A DNA stretch of 64,000 nucleotides from the human T2T-CHM13v2.0 reference genome, Homo sapiens, in the NCBI RefSeq assembly GCF_009914755.1, contig NC_060932.1; one strand, given 5' to 3'. Of the stretch, positions 12,533-27,282 are shown piece after piece. The position numbers and the translations under genes were made by a program. The number at the start of each line of letters is the position of its first letter. The first letter of the stretch is position 1. The notes beneath the pieces were generated by a model. The model searched no databases. It saw nothing but the letters and a program-made list of their open reading frames with translations, and had not been told where the DNA came from.

Positions 12533-12875
12533 ATGGAAGATTTTTGAATGGATAACAATGAAAGTGTCTAGCAGGGTGTCACATACTAACGCAGGAAAAA
12601 TAATTATAGGTTCACTGCTTTGGTCTAGGAGTGAGATTACAAGGGCAGGGAATACACAGTGATTAAATTCTTAGTTTGTGCCTATGTAAAAAAATAGTTT
12701 AAGTAATAGGATATCAATACCTATTAAAAAAACAAAATGATACTTATTTGTGATCATTTTGGAAGCTATAATAATACCATTTATTTTCTTGGTAAGATAA
12801 GAAAAGGCAATGGTTCTACCTCTCTTTGTAAGTGTATAAGTTGGGGAACCAGAGATAATAAGCATATGTAGAGAA

Positions 12876-13766
12876 TGTAAATAAAAAATAAAATTCTAAG
12901 CCCCCAGCCAACTGAATAGACCCCTCGTCTTAGCCAAGAACATTACAAAGTTAACCTGAAAAACTAGTTGAGGACATAATTGCCAGGGGGGTCAGACATT
13001 CCTCATTATACCCTCTTGCTTTTGGTATTCAGGCACAACTGACCAGCATTAATGTTAAAACAGAGACCTTAAGACTGACAAAACACTCTTTGTAGCCATA
13101 AAATGCCAACATGACAGATGGCAGGCCCTGGAAGATATTGAAGTATTTTACCCCAAAATATATTTCTTTGACATATTTTGAAATGGCCCTGAAAAGCTGT
13201 CTCTTGTGGGGAAAATCAATATTCTATAGAAAATCGCCTTCCCTTTCCAGGTCTTTTTCCTGATACAAGAGAAAATTAGCTAAGAATCTGGCACCTTTTT
13301 AAGTCTGATATGAAACATTTACAATCTATTATGTCTGAAGCCTGCTACCTGGAGGCTTCATCTGCATAATAAGAACTTTGGTAGCCACAACCCTTTATAT
13401 TAATGCAGATCCTTTATATTAATTAACCCTTTATATTAATTAACCCTCTTCTATTGATTCAGGGTCTTTAGATAATAGCTTAACTCTTTCAACTAATTGC
13501 CACTCAGAATGTCTGTGAATCCACCTATGACTTAGAAGGCCCCTCTTCAAGTTGTCCCACCTTTCCAGATAGAACCAATGCACATCTTACATGTAATGAT
13601 TGAGGTTTTATGCCTCCTTAAAATGTATAACACCAAGCTGTAGTTCAACCACCTTGGGCACATGTTCTTAAGACCTCTTGAGACTTTGCCTTGTGCCACA
13701 GTCATTTATATTTGGCTCAGAATAAATCACTTCAAATATCTCAGAGTTTAACTTTTTTCATAGACA
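12876..13766 (+). mobile_element. ERV1 MER4-group solo LTR (MER4D/E-like)
   Basis: TG...CA termini, start TGTAAATAAAAAATAAAATTCTAAGCCCCC, AATAAA at 13721, end ...TTTTCATAGACA, and 4-bp flanks AGAA/ATAA. Confidence 0.82.
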
Positions 13767-14924
13767 ATAATTTAATTGCTTATGGCATAAACTTAATTGT
13801 TGATATTTATATTCTTAATGGGAATAAATCCCAACTCAAAAATATTCTTTATTTTCTTGTATCAATTACTAGCTAGTCTGTCAATAACAAAACCTCTGAA
13901 AAAGGACAGGGTGGAGGGAGGAAATGTGGTAAAATCAACCTGCTGCCAGTATGTATATTTCCTTAATTTACAGTAAAGTTATTTTGAAGAAATTAATCAC
14001 TAAACCATCAAATCCTAACTTTTCCATTTCCCAAATACAAAATATTTCTAACCTGTGTTATCAGCACAACCTGTATTATTCAAGCTGAGGATAATGAAGC
14101 CATGAGTATTTTATGCATACTGCCCAGTACATCTGAGGTTTTATCAGATATCTAGAGAAAATTCAGAAGGCATTGATAAATGGTGGATCCAACTAAAGAA
14201 AGAATATCTCATTTCGTAAAGCAGTTGAATAGCAATTTCATCTTCAGATCCTGGATAAAACTCAACCAATTTGTTTCAAACAAGAACATGTTCCAATTAA
14301 TTGTAAGTTCTGCATCAAGTGACTATTGGGATATCTTGGAAGAGTAAAGGCAAAGTCATGTTTGATAAGGACAAGGAATTTAAGCTATTTGATTTTGCTG
14401 CCTCCAGATTTCTGATAATGGGTGCTGCCTGACCTTCTGAGTACGCCATTCCCTGCGGTCAGTGCTCCATATTCTTTTACTTGTCTCTTCATTATCCAAC
14501 ATTCTTCACAGATTCATTCCTGGTATGGTCTTACCCTGGTTCCCTAAATCTTTTACCTCATTTATTCATGGGCATTTTTGAAAGTGGTGTTTTATAGAGC
14601 ATATTTTTAATATGCAACACAACTACTATAAAAAACAAAATGAACGGCAACTAGAAAAATAAGTTTTCAATTTAAGAAACACATCTAAATTATTCATGAC
14701 ACAAAACAGGAGTCACAATAAAAAATCAAAACTATTTCAATTAAACAAAAATACATAAATGTCACATATCAAAACAAAAATACCATGAATCAAAACTTGT
14801 AATATATATATGCAGTGAAAAAAGACACAGAATGTGATTTGCTGTTTAGTATTGATCTATGTGTGATTGGAGTATAAAGTTTATGTTTTGTTTTTTTAAT
14901 TAAAAAAAATTTTCTATAAATTTA

Positions 14925-15379
14925 TGGGGAATATGAGCCCTGAAAATTTGAGACAGGTCTCAGTTAATTTAGAAAGTTTATTTTGCCAAAGTTAAACATG
15001 CGCACCCATGAACAGCCTCAGGTGGTCCTGATGATATCTGCCCAGGGTGTTCAGGGCACACCTTGGTTTTACACATTTTAGGGAGAGATGAGACATCAAT
15101 CAACATATGTAAGAAGTACATTGGTCCCATCCAGAAAGGCGGGGACAACCTGAAGTAGGGAGGGGGCTTCCAGGTCACTGGTAGGTGAGGGACAAATGGC
15201 TGCATTTCTTTTGAGTTTCTGATAAACCTTTCCAAAGGTGACAATCAGCTATGCATCTATCTCAATGAGCAGAAGGATAACTTTGAATAGAATAGGAGGC
15301 AGGTTGGCCCTGAGAAGTTGCCAGCTTGACTTTTTCCTTTAGCTTAGTAATTCTGGAGCTCCAAGACTTTCTTTTCACA
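14925..15379 (-). mobile_element. MER4A-like solo LTR nested in an L1MA 3' end (~14890-15590, minus)
   Basis: Reverse complement of the right end reads TGTGAAAAGAAAAGTCTTGGAGCTCCAGAATTACTAAGCTAAAGGAAAAAGTCAAGCTGG, matching the MER4A start. L1MA 3'UTR-like sequence lies on both sides. Confidence 0.8.
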
Positions 15380-17688
15380 GACCCATATGCAATTTTGTTA
15401 TAAGTATATAATTGAGAGTGATCAAGTCAGGGCATTTAGGGTGTCTATCTCCTGAGTATAATACATTTTTGTTTAACAATATCGTCCTCCTTGCTTATCA
15501 AATGTTGAATTTATCCCTTTTAAGTAACTGTATTTTTATACCCTTTAACCCAGTTCTCTTCATCTGCCCCTCCTCCACTTACTCATAGACATTTAAATGG
15601 TTCTTTGCTACTTCTAGATGTCCCCTGACTCATATCCCAACCCCCAGTGTTAAGATGGCTTCCTTTAAGTCAGGGATCTTATTTTTCTCTAATGCGTAGT
15701 ATAAGTATGCTAGGAGCTTTTAAGGTGTTCAATAAGAATAAATTAAATTAAATCCAGTTAAATTTAATTAGACAGAGACTTCAAAATGTCAAAGATGAAC
15801 TGTGAAATGAGTTTTGATTCAACTAAATTGCAACTGATAGAGGATTTAATCTATATTGATTAAAGTTCAGTTTTATTACATTTATTTTATCTAAACTGAT
15901 GTTTAAAATATATGTGATTGCTTTATTCTTAAAATAAAATGTAAACATTAGAATATTCAAATGTTCAAAACTAAAATGTCAATCAGGAAATATTTTTACT
16001 ATAATAATGGAATTGGAACTTAACATCTAATTGTCTCTCCGATCATCGAAACATTTAATACAGATAGCTTGTAATATATTTATAACATGAAGCTATTTCT
16101 TAATCATCACAACATATAGTTGCCTTTTGTTTTCATCAAGAGTTAAAATGTGTGCTGTAACTAAAAACAAACATTGGGTCATAGTAAATTTACTACTGTT
16201 TAAACATAAATTAGAGAAAAAGTAAAAATTATACTTTGTGTAAAATTTTTACAACTCTTGTATTATAAGAGCAATAAAAGAGATATGTTTATTGGTACAT
16301 AGTAAGTCTGTTTACCAACGCTTTTTTAATAACATCATAAAATAAGAGGACTTCACATATAAACATTAACTCCGATATTTCATTTCAGAAACATACACTT
16401 AAATACAATTGAAGCTTTTGTTTCTTTACATCTTCCCCCCATTTTTTAAATATAACTGTTTCTTATTTTACTACATTTATGAAGACATCAAAATATAATC
16501 AAGCTTGCTGTTGTTTATCTCATGATATTAAGTATTGTATTTGGAGATTAAATAATTTCAACTTTATGTAAGATTAAAAAAAAGTGTTATATTTGAAGGT
16601 AGGAAAATAAGTATAGTTTCTGGTTTATGGATGTTTGCATGCCTTCTGTGAAGTGCCTGATATTGTGTACTCGTTTTACTTTTGTTTTCTTTGTCTTTTT
16701 ACCTATTAATTTATAAGACTTTTGATTATAGTAGTGATATAATTTTTTAATATACGTGTTGCAAATATGATTTTTAAATATATTGTTGATATTCTCACTT
16801 TATCATTCTTTTATTATTATGGATATATTGTTTTTTTCTTTATTGATGTTTGCTTTCCCATTATTAGCAGTATTTATGATAAGAAAACTAGTAATAATTG
16901 AGTACATACTATATGCCCATTTCATTTAAAGTACAGCAGGTTCTTGGACTAATATCTCATATCCATTGGTTTATTTTACTTTAGTGCCTATTTTATCTTC
17001 ATAAAATTTTCCAGAACTACTGCCTTAAGCCGATTGTTTTCAGTTTTGGTGTTTTTTTGTAATTGCCTTGGGATTCTTTACTCCTTTAATTTTTAAATTT
17101 TTCTGACAAACACAAAATGATGAAAAGATGAGGCAAGCCTGGTCTATAATTTTTACTCTGGCAAACCTGTTCTGTAATTTTTCCATTACTTCTGGAAAAA
17201 GCTTATTTATATTCATTTCCCATGTCATAATTTCCATTATCTCTTTCTGTCATTAATTAGACTGGGAATGAGAAGCTTTTGGGTTTGCAAAACCCCAAAT
17301 GGATGATGCCAATAACTATCAGAATTGTTGACAACAACATAAGCTTTGAGTATAGTCTGCAACTTTTAAATATAGATTTTATTTCTTCTCGAGACTGAAA
17401 ACCATTTCATGAAAGTTGGTTAGAGAATTTGGTCTTAATCTCTGTATCAGTTAAGAGAGTTTTGGTTTTATGTTATCTAAATTACTGCTAATGACTTAAA
17501 CAATAAGAATATTTTTTATCTCACAGAAAGTCTTTGAGATAGATGACTTTAGGGATTAATTTAGAACCACAACAAAATTACCTGGACACAGAGGCTCCCC
17601 TGTCTTTCCATCTTGTCACTTTTAGAATGCTGAATTTCTTCCTCAGATTTGCACCTCAATTGTTAGCACTCTTCCAGGCATGGGAGAG

Positions 17689-20400
17689 CAGCACTCCCCA
17701 ACCTTTTTGTCACCAGAGATCAGTGTTGTAGAAGACAATTTTTCCACGGACTAGGGGTGGGGGATGGTTTTGGGATGATTTAAGAGCATTACACTTATTG
17801 TGAACCTTATTTCTATTATTATTATATTGTAATATATAATGAAATAATTATACAACTCATCATAATGTAGAACCTATGGGAGCCCTGAGCTTGTTTTCCT
17901 GGAACTAGACGGTCCCATCTGGGGGTAACTGGAGACAGTGACACCCGAATTATGTTGCCTATGTCCAGTCTACTCCATAATCTCGTTTTGGTTACTGTCA
18001 CTACAGAAAACTCTGCTTCACAAAGGTAGGATATTGGAAACAGGAGCAGGCTTTTTAGTGCTTTTGTGGCAATCTCAGGATAATCTCCACCTTGACTTTA
18101 ATCCAGAACATATGGGGATTTGAAGTTGTCTCAAACATACTTTTAAGGCCACCATCATTTGTGATCTCAAGCAGTTGATTCGCTTCTAGCACGGACAAAG
18201 TCCATTCATCTGGCTTACTCTCAAATGAGTTGCAGATCCATTCCTTCCCAGTTAAGGGCTCTTTTCTGGTTTGGAAGTAATGCTCCAACTCTTTTGAAAG
18301 CTGAGAGAGGTGATCACGCACCAGCTCTGAGTAAGACGGCCCTGGCTGTGTCTCTTTCAAAATCTTTACTAATATTTGAAACATGTCAGAAATCCCAATG
18401 TTCACTCATTGCCCCATAATTCCAGTTTGGCTTTGAATGCAATTACTTTATCTGATGACTTGAACACAGTTGTCAGTCTCCCCTGGAGTGACAGATTAAA
18501 TTCCTTGACCATGTTGAATGTGTCACACAAGTAAGCAAGTTTTGCGATCCATTCTGCGTCACTGAAATATGCTGCCAGGGGTGATTTTTTTCTATAAGAA
18601 ATCTCTGGAGTGGCTCTCATAACTCAAAAACTCTGGCCAGTGATCTACCTTTAGAAAGCCCTCTCATTTCTGTATGTAAGAGAAGACGTGTTTGCTCTGC
18701 ATCCATTTCCTCATAGAGTTACGTGAACAGATGTGAGTTAAGGGCATTTAATGCGGTTGATACTTTTAATCACATCCTGCAAAATGTTTTTAAGTTCAGG
18801 TGACATTTTTCAGTTGTTAAGTTCAGGTGAAATGGCATTTTTCAGCTAGCCACAATTTCTGTATGGGTGACACGTTGCATGGACTCACATTCAGAAGTGA
18901 CCTCATTGACCTGAGTGGTGAAACCAGAAAGCTGTCCAGTCATGGAAGCCACTTCATCCATGCATACTTACACAAAATGACCAATTTTCCTGATGTGTAA
19001 TCATTCAAAGACTTTAATCGTTCTGCAGCTGTGGTGTTGTTGGTTGGCCAAAAAATTGCCCATAACATATTCTCATGCACATCCTCCTGAAAAATATATC
19101 ACACAAAACCAAGAATTGTTGCCTTGTTGTCAACATTGGTAGACTCATCAATCTGGGTTGTGTACCATGGTGACTCATTAATCCTCTCTAGCAATTGTGC
19201 CTCAATATCTTCTGCTATTTCATCAATTCATCTGGTTATAGTGCTAGCTGAAAAAGGAACTTATGCCACCTTTTAAACTGCAGCCTCTCCTAAAAGTTCA
19301 CAATGGATGTTTTTAGTAGCAGGTAGGATCAACCTTCACCAGTAGTAAAAGACTTCTTAGCTTTAGCAATGCAGTTAGCCACTAAGAATGATGCTGTCAG
19401 TGCAGACACATTTGATAAAGTGGTGGCCTTCAATAATTGCTTCTATTCTTTGTGTTCACATTTTTTTCTTTTGAAAAACTGCAGAGGCTTGTCTTTTAAT
19501 ACAGGGCGCTTGATCGCCATGTGGAGAAGCAGCTTTGAAGGTCTCATGGCTTCGTTGGATAGCCTGTTGCCACATATTATATAAAGCAGGATTGGAGAAT
19601 GTGAATCACCTGTTGCAGTGAATCTGCAATTTAAGTAGGATTCTTGGTATTTTCTTTTAAATACAACTTTCTTTTGTTGGCAGTCACAGAGTCTTTTGAT
19701 GTCCTCTCATTGGGTCTTTCCCCCTTTTCAAAGAAATCTTCCAGTGACATTTGGTTTTTACTCATTTTGGCTATGGTTAGCTTGTGGGCTTACCAAAACT
19801 GTGACTGAGACAAGTACACAGTGCAGGAAAGAGGCGTGAACAGAAGTGGTAAATAAAATAATGAGAGGGCCACGTATGGACTAAACTAAGTGTCAGATTC
19901 TGACTTAAAGCCTGCCACCAGATGCAACTATACAATTGAAGTATATCAACTCACTACTATAACTCCTGCCACCAGATGCAGCTTGTCACTTGCCACTCAC
20001 TGATAGGGTTTTGTTATGAGTCTGCAAGCAATTGATTTATTATGGTCTCTGTGCAGTCAAACCTCTCTGCTAATGTGAATCTGTATTTGCAGCTGCTCCC
20101 CAGTACTAGCATCACTGCCTCAGCTCCACGTCAGATCATCAGGCATTAGATTCTCATAAGGAGCACACAACCTAGATCCCTCCCATGCACAGTTCACAAT
20201 AGGGTTCATGCTCCTATAAGAATCTAGTGACACTACTGATCTGACAGGAGGCAGACCTCAGGAGGTAATACAAGTTATGGGGAATGGCTGTAAACATAGA
20301 TGAAGCTTTTCCTGCTTGCCCATTGCTTGTGCTGTGTGGCCTGATTCTTAACAGGCCACAGAGCAGTATAAATCTGTGGCCCAGGAGTCAGGGACCCTTA
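17689..20400 (-). mobile_element. Full-length Charlie3 hAT DNA transposon (autonomous partner of MER1A/B), 2712 bp
   Basis: MER1-type ends CAGCACTCCCCAACC and ...AGTCAGGGACCCTTA, 8-bp flanks TGGGAGAG / GGGTAGAG, and an internal transposase remnant. Confidence 0.88.
17950..19765 (-). pseudogene. Charlie/Buster-family hAT transposase pseudogene
   Basis: Starts MSKNQMSLEDFFEKG at 19765. BED-finger-like KRKYQESYL...YIICGNRLSNEAMRPSKLLLH, then WYTTQIDEST, then AAYFSDAEWIAKLAYLCDTF...NLSLQG (ORF 18402..18620). Broken by frameshifts and stops; the end point is approximate. Confidence 0.85.
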
Positions 20401-20808
20401 GGGTAGAGGATGCTTCTTCATCATGTTTTTACCCCTTTATCTGTGGAGAAAACATTTCCACAAAATGCACAGAAGGCACAGACTCCCATTTCCATCCCAT
20501 TGGCTAGACTAGGTTATAGGTCTACCTTTCAACCGCAAATTGATAAAAGTGAATATAATCACCATTATTAGTTTAAAGCAATCAATTAAGATTCAGTCCC
20601 AAGAACTAGGTTCATGATCTATGTGCACTTTGCAGCCTAATTCCTAACCAAATCAGGCTTCTGTTAGCAAGCAAAACAGGAATGAAGTGCTATTGAGCAG
20701 ATGAATATGTTTCTGGTGCAAAATTCTCAGGAGTTAGTTTGACAGTATGCAAGATAACTTAATCATCCAGTAGATTAGAAAGCCTCATTATAAAAACAGG
20801 ACCCTTGA

Positions 20809-22120
20809 ACTTAAATATAAAACTTCAAACTGTTAGAAGAAATCATTGGAGAAACTCTTTGGGACATTGGCCTGAACAAAGATTTCTTGAGTAATACCCC
20901 AAAAGCACAGGCAACCAAAGCATAAATAGAGAAATGGGATCACATCAAGCTAAAAAGTTTCTGCCCAGCAAATGAAACATCAACAAAGTGGAGAGACAAC
21001 CCACCAAATGGGAGAAAATATTTGCAAACCACCCATTTTAAAAGGGATTAATAACCAGAATTTATAAGGAGCTCAAACAACTCAATAGCAAAAAATGAAA
21101 TAATCCAATTACAAAATGGACAAAGGATCTGAATAGCCATTTCTCGAAACAAGGCATACTAATGGCCAACAGATATATGAAAGAATGCTCAACATAATTA
21201 ATCATCAAAGAAATGCAAATCAAAACTCCAACGATATGTTATCTCACTCCAATTAAAATGGCTGTTATCCAAGACAGGTAATCACAAATGTTGGCCAGGA
21301 TATGGAAAAAGGGGAACTCTTGTACACTGTTGGTTGGAATGCAAATTAGTATAGGCACTATGGAGAACAGTATGGGAGTTCCTCAAAAATATAAAAACAG
21401 AACTACCATGTGATCCAGAAATCTCACTACAGAGTATATATCCAAAAGGAATGAAATCAGTATATCAAAGATACATCCGCACTCCCATGTTTATTGCAGC
21501 ACTATTCACAATAGCCAAGATATGGGAGCAACATGAGTGTCCATCAACCATTGAATGAATAAAGAAATGTGGTATATGTACATAATGGGATATTATTTAG
21601 CCATAAAAAGAATGAAATCCTATCATTTACAACAACATAGATTGAACTGGAGGACATTATATCAAGTGAAATAAGCCAGGCACAGAAAGAGAAATATTGC
21701 GTGTTAGCACTCAAATGTGGGAGCTTAAGAAAAAAAACTGAACTCATGGAGATAGTGAGTGGAATGATGTTTGTCAGAGGCAGAGAAAGATAGCAGGGAT
21801 TGGGGGATAAAGTGAGATGGCTAATGGGTACAAAACTACAATGGGATAGAGGAAGTAAGATGTTGTATTTGGTGGCACAATAGGGTGACTATAATCAATA
21901 ATAGTTTATTGCATATTTTCAAATAACCAAAAGAATGGAATTGCAATGTTCCTAACACAAAGAAACAATAAAAGCTTGAGGTGATAGATACCCCAATTAC
22001 CCTTATTTGATCTCTGTACATTGTATTCCTATATCAAAACATCACATGTACCCCATAAATATATATTACTGTTATGTACCCTTAATAATTAAAAAATTAA
22101 AATTAAATAAAAATTATAAA
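20809..22120 (+). mobile_element. 5'-truncated L1MA-type LINE-1
   Basis: ORF2 3' end, L1MA 3'UTR and A-rich tail, with a clear TSD ACAGGACCCTTGA (20796-20808 and 22129-22141). Confidence 0.88.
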
Positions 22121-22203
22121 TTATAAATACAGGACCCTTGAGATCATTAGTAAAATTTCAGAGCCCTAGTTTTTGTGATGTTTTAGGGCCCTAGTTCTTC
22201 CTA

Positions 22204-22592
<389 letters not shown>

Positions 22593-24149
22593 CTACTTTT
22601 GTCTAGGTACCATTTAGGATTTATTCCTTCCAAATGCTATGGTACCATTCAGAGTCACATGACCATAAATATATTTCATCACGCTATTTTTCTAATTGTA
22701 TTCTTTAGTCATTTTAGGGCCACAATGGGCAATAGGAAGTTTAGGTAAAACATTTCATTCTTCTTACACTGGCTGGGTCTCAGACACTCATCTCTTATAT
22801 GAATAATTCTTCTGTATTTATCTTTTTAAAAAAATACATATATACTTCTAAGCAAACTTTCTTTGAAGAAAGTATTTTTTTTTTCTGAGATGATGCTTAT
22901 AGGTAGATTTGAAACCCATCATTGTGGAATCCATCTTGATTACTATATCTGATGGGCAGACTCATCTATTCCCACATAAATTGATAAGAATTTGAGTGTT
23001 TTTGAAGAAACAACAAACATATAAAAACATTTAAATTAGACTTAGTCCCTGGTGACCCTTCTGACATTCATTTCTATTTTTCCATTCTGTTATAATCAGA
23101 ATTATATTCATTATTATGATAAATATGGTTCAACAGTGGTCCAAGATATACTAAATCTTACATCAGAAAAAGGAAAAGGCTTTTCCATTTTTAGGTTTAC
23201 TTAAGTGAGAAGCAAAGTGCACTTTCCCTTCATATCTAAGTATATAAAATTTGTTGACAATTGAATATCAAACAATGATAATTGACTCTCAATATTTTCC
23301 TATTGCAGTGAGAGTTTTAATATTATTCAAAATCAATTACGTTTTTATTCCAATAATTATTTTTACATGAAGAAAGACAATTTCATATCTACACTCTGTA
23401 AACTTCTTTATAATCAGAGGAGCAATTAGTTATTTTACTTAGAGAATAAATTAATTAAAACACATAATTTATTTTTCCACTGGTATTTTAGTATGGTTAA
23501 CTTAACCTTAAGGAAGCACTTGAGCTGTAAACTGACGGCTCTGCTGAGAACTGGGAAAGCAAAAATGAATGCAACCTTGATCCTGTTTTCAAATTTAAAA
23601 TCTAGTATATATTGTTAGTAAAGTTCTGATAGATGTCATGGGGAATCCAAAACTCAGAGGGATTTTTTCTTGCCTCTAAAGAGTTTACAGTCTGGTTGGG
23701 GGCTTAAAACATGAAAACATACACAGTAAGTGGCAAGATGAGTTAGTCTCAATTAAAGTGCTAAATTACAGGGACAGATGCTACAGGATGTCAGGGGTGG
23801 GATGAGCTGCGTGGCCAAATATGCCTACTGAGAATGGGGAGCTTGTGATGCACTGTAAAGGAAAAGTAGGGCTTGACTAAGTAGAAAGGAGAGAGGGCAC
23901 ATACGTTTACTGCAAAGAATCACGTTTTAAACAATGATTTAGAAATGAGTAAATGCCTGGTATGTGAAAAGTTTGGGAAATTCAGTGGACAATGAATAAT
24001 AGGCAGGTCTAGAGAGAAAGGAGAGAAGAGAAAGAAAGCAGAGGTCAGACTACGTCAGATTCCTAAGGGTAGTTTAAAAAATAAGCTAAAACAGCCAAGC
24101 CAGTGGAAAGTTTGAATATATTCTCTTTTTCCCTTTACTCACTTATCAG

Positions 24150-24590
24150 GGCCACTCCCCACCCTTCTCTCCCTTGCCCTTTACCCCAAGACTGGCCCGG
24201 AGGATTACATCTAAGGGCTCTTCTGCCTTCTGGCTTGCAGTTAGAGTCAGCCCGGGGAGAGAGGGAGCAGGAGACCAGAAAGAAGTAACAGAGTGGAGAT
24301 CATAGTGTTTCTTCCCTGGCATCCTCTGCAGAATTGCTGGCTGAATCTAAGTCTGAAGGTTGCAGCTCCTGTCAGATGGCCCTGTCCACACAGCCCTCTG
24401 GGTCGTGAGGTCTAGAAAGCACGTCCACCTTTCATTATTTAGGCCTGCAGGAGGTGCCTGTGCCCTGCCCTTAGCCCCAGGATATTCCATCTGATTTGCC
24501 TACAACCTTAATAGGTAGTTTCTTCATTCGTTCTCATAGTACCCAAGTGCCATGTGGTATCTCTTTTCTGGTAGGTTCCTGACTGGTAGA
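24150..24590. mobile_element. Old ERVL LTR fragment (LTR33/LTR16-like)
   Basis: GC-richer island containing GGGCTCTTCTGCCTTCTGGCTTGCAGTTAGAGTCAGCC...GAGCAGGAGACCAGA, resembling LTR33. Confidence 0.45.
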
Positions 24591-26649
24591 GAGGGAAATA
24601 ATGAAGGAATTGTTTTAAGAAGGTTAATATTGTGGCCGAAATAGATAGATTGACAAACTAGAACTAGGGAGAAAATTAACCAACAGAAATGAGCATTTAA
24701 GTGCCAAATCAAGGTAAAGAAAGTACAGTTGCCATTGGGAGATTGATTAGTGACCAAAAGTGATGAACAACAAAAACAACAACAAAACATTAAACATAAA
24801 CTAAATAGTCATGAGGATTTCAAGAATATAAGAATTGGACGGGAATTGGAATTTAGTTACATAAAAAATCAACACGTATAGGATGAAATTTGAGTCACTA
24901 GTAAAATTCTAGTATCATACACAAAGTAGAGGATAAAGATCTCTAAATTAGAGGAGAGAAAAAGAATTTTATATTGCAAGTTTTAGATTACATTCCTATG
25001 TTCATGGAGTAATGTCTAGTAGAACTTTGAGATGTGACTGGCATTACAGAAATAGGTCAGAAATGGAGAACAGTTTAGGAATATTCCAAATAGTAGTGAC
25101 ACCATGTCATCAGAGTTGATGAGTTCTCAGGCAACGCAGCCACCTAAAGTGAAGAACAGAGACCTGAGGACGAAATCCTTGGAAAAGACTCCCACTAAGC
25201 AAGCCTGAGAATAAAAAGAAGGCAGTAAGAGGAACTGAGAAAAAAATTCCAGAGAGATAGTTGGAAAAGGACTCATAGGGTAACAATTAATAAAGAGGCT
25301 ATTTCAGTGCTGTGTAGCTTATCATGTGGTTCAATCAAAGCATTTCTGTTTAATAGTCAATAATTTGTAATATAATTTTTGTCATGATAAGTATTATAAC
25401 ATGATTAAAATAGGAAAAGGAATATTATTTCTTTGGATGGCCCAACACATCCAAGTGGTATCAACTGCTCTTCCCTCTCTGGGTTTTGGTTTCAATGTAG
25501 AGGATTCACATCAACTGAATATTCTTCTCAGTATAGATATGCATGTAGAGGGATGATGCTAATGACTTCACTGTAACAAAGATATGGATAATTTGGAACC
25601 CTCATTCATTATTGTTTTGCAGGTTCTTCTGGAGGAAATAAGTCAGGTGGGGGTTTTCACGTATCACCTGTTCAAGCAATATGTGAAGTGCAATAGCACC
25701 CAGATCCCTCCCATCCTTAACAGACACTGGACCTTTTAAAACTATTTTTCAGCACTCCTTTTATTTAGCGTTAGGTCATTTCCTTGCTTTTACTCTGTTT
25801 TGAGGCTACTGTAATAGAAAATGGGGCAAGAAGAATGTCATTGAAATATTTAGCTTGCTAAATTAAAAAGAAAGTAAAAGCAAAATACTTTTTTTTCCTG
25901 GTTATATTTCAGTGACTAGTTTTAATTAAAAACTCTATTCACTGATTTTTTTAAAAAAAGATTTTTACTACCTGATCTTTATGCATTCAGTATGGCCTAT
26001 GTGCCAAAGAAGGGGTTTGATTATAGAACATAATGATGTAATGATATTCTGTAGAGGACAAGTCTGTCTACATGCAAAATTACTTAATGCGAGGTTACTT
26101 AAGACCCTTTGCATTTCAGTTGGATTATGTCATCTACCTTATGGATTTGCAAAAAAAAGTCGACAGAGACAACTTGTGGAAACTTGTGGAATCAAGGGAC
26201 AATTGGTGTTCAGGGAAGGGAGTGGCATGGAAGATTGAGAAAGAACCACAGGAAACAAGATGTAGAGGGTCCAGTAAATAAACTCTCTGCATGTAAAAAA
26301 ATGTACTGAGTAGTTATAATTTATACTTACTGTTAATAGCCTGATAAAATGATACCTGTGCAAGAAAGTAGAGCTAAGGTGTAAAAAGAGAAGAAATGAT
26401 TATAGTTTTTTGAGAAAAGAGATCAGAGAAATAACAATATAACAATTTAACATATACCTGCCATTTAATATATAGATTTGATAATCTTAAATATTTGAAA
26501 AATCTATATAAATATAATCAGTTTTTTAAAAAAATACTAAAAATAAATATCTGTTGTTATAATTTTTTAGCATTTAATACAAATCTTTTCCTCAGTCATT
26601 CTGTATGTGACTCTAAGCTCACACAGTTAACAAAGGACAGGAATTGAGT

Positions 26650-27282
<633 letters not shown>

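Larger units (their letters stand above)
17443..20560. mobile_element. Ancient MLT1-like MaLR LTR split by the Charlie3 insertion
   Basis: TGTATCAGTTAAG...TGACTTAAACAATAAG...TTTATCTCACAG lies left of Charlie3 and CCCATTGGCTAGACTAGGTTATAGG lies right of it. Both are typical of old MLT1 elements. Confidence 0.5.

Noticed and set aside
18055-18620. Domesticated ZBED5/ZBED8/SCAND3-like gene
   Set aside because: It lies between transposon ends with a TSD, has multiple frameshifts and stops, and its zinc-finger and catalytic motifs are damaged.
19910-19982. Direct repeat CCTGCCACCAGATGCA
   Set aside because: It lies in the Charlie3/MER1 subterminal region and is probably part of the element consensus, not a locus-specific event.
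25981-26363. Cluster of four overlapping short ORFs as a hidden exon
   Set aside because: There is no recognisable domain, no convincing splice-site pair that I could establish, and the flanking CNBD1 exons already join in frame without it.
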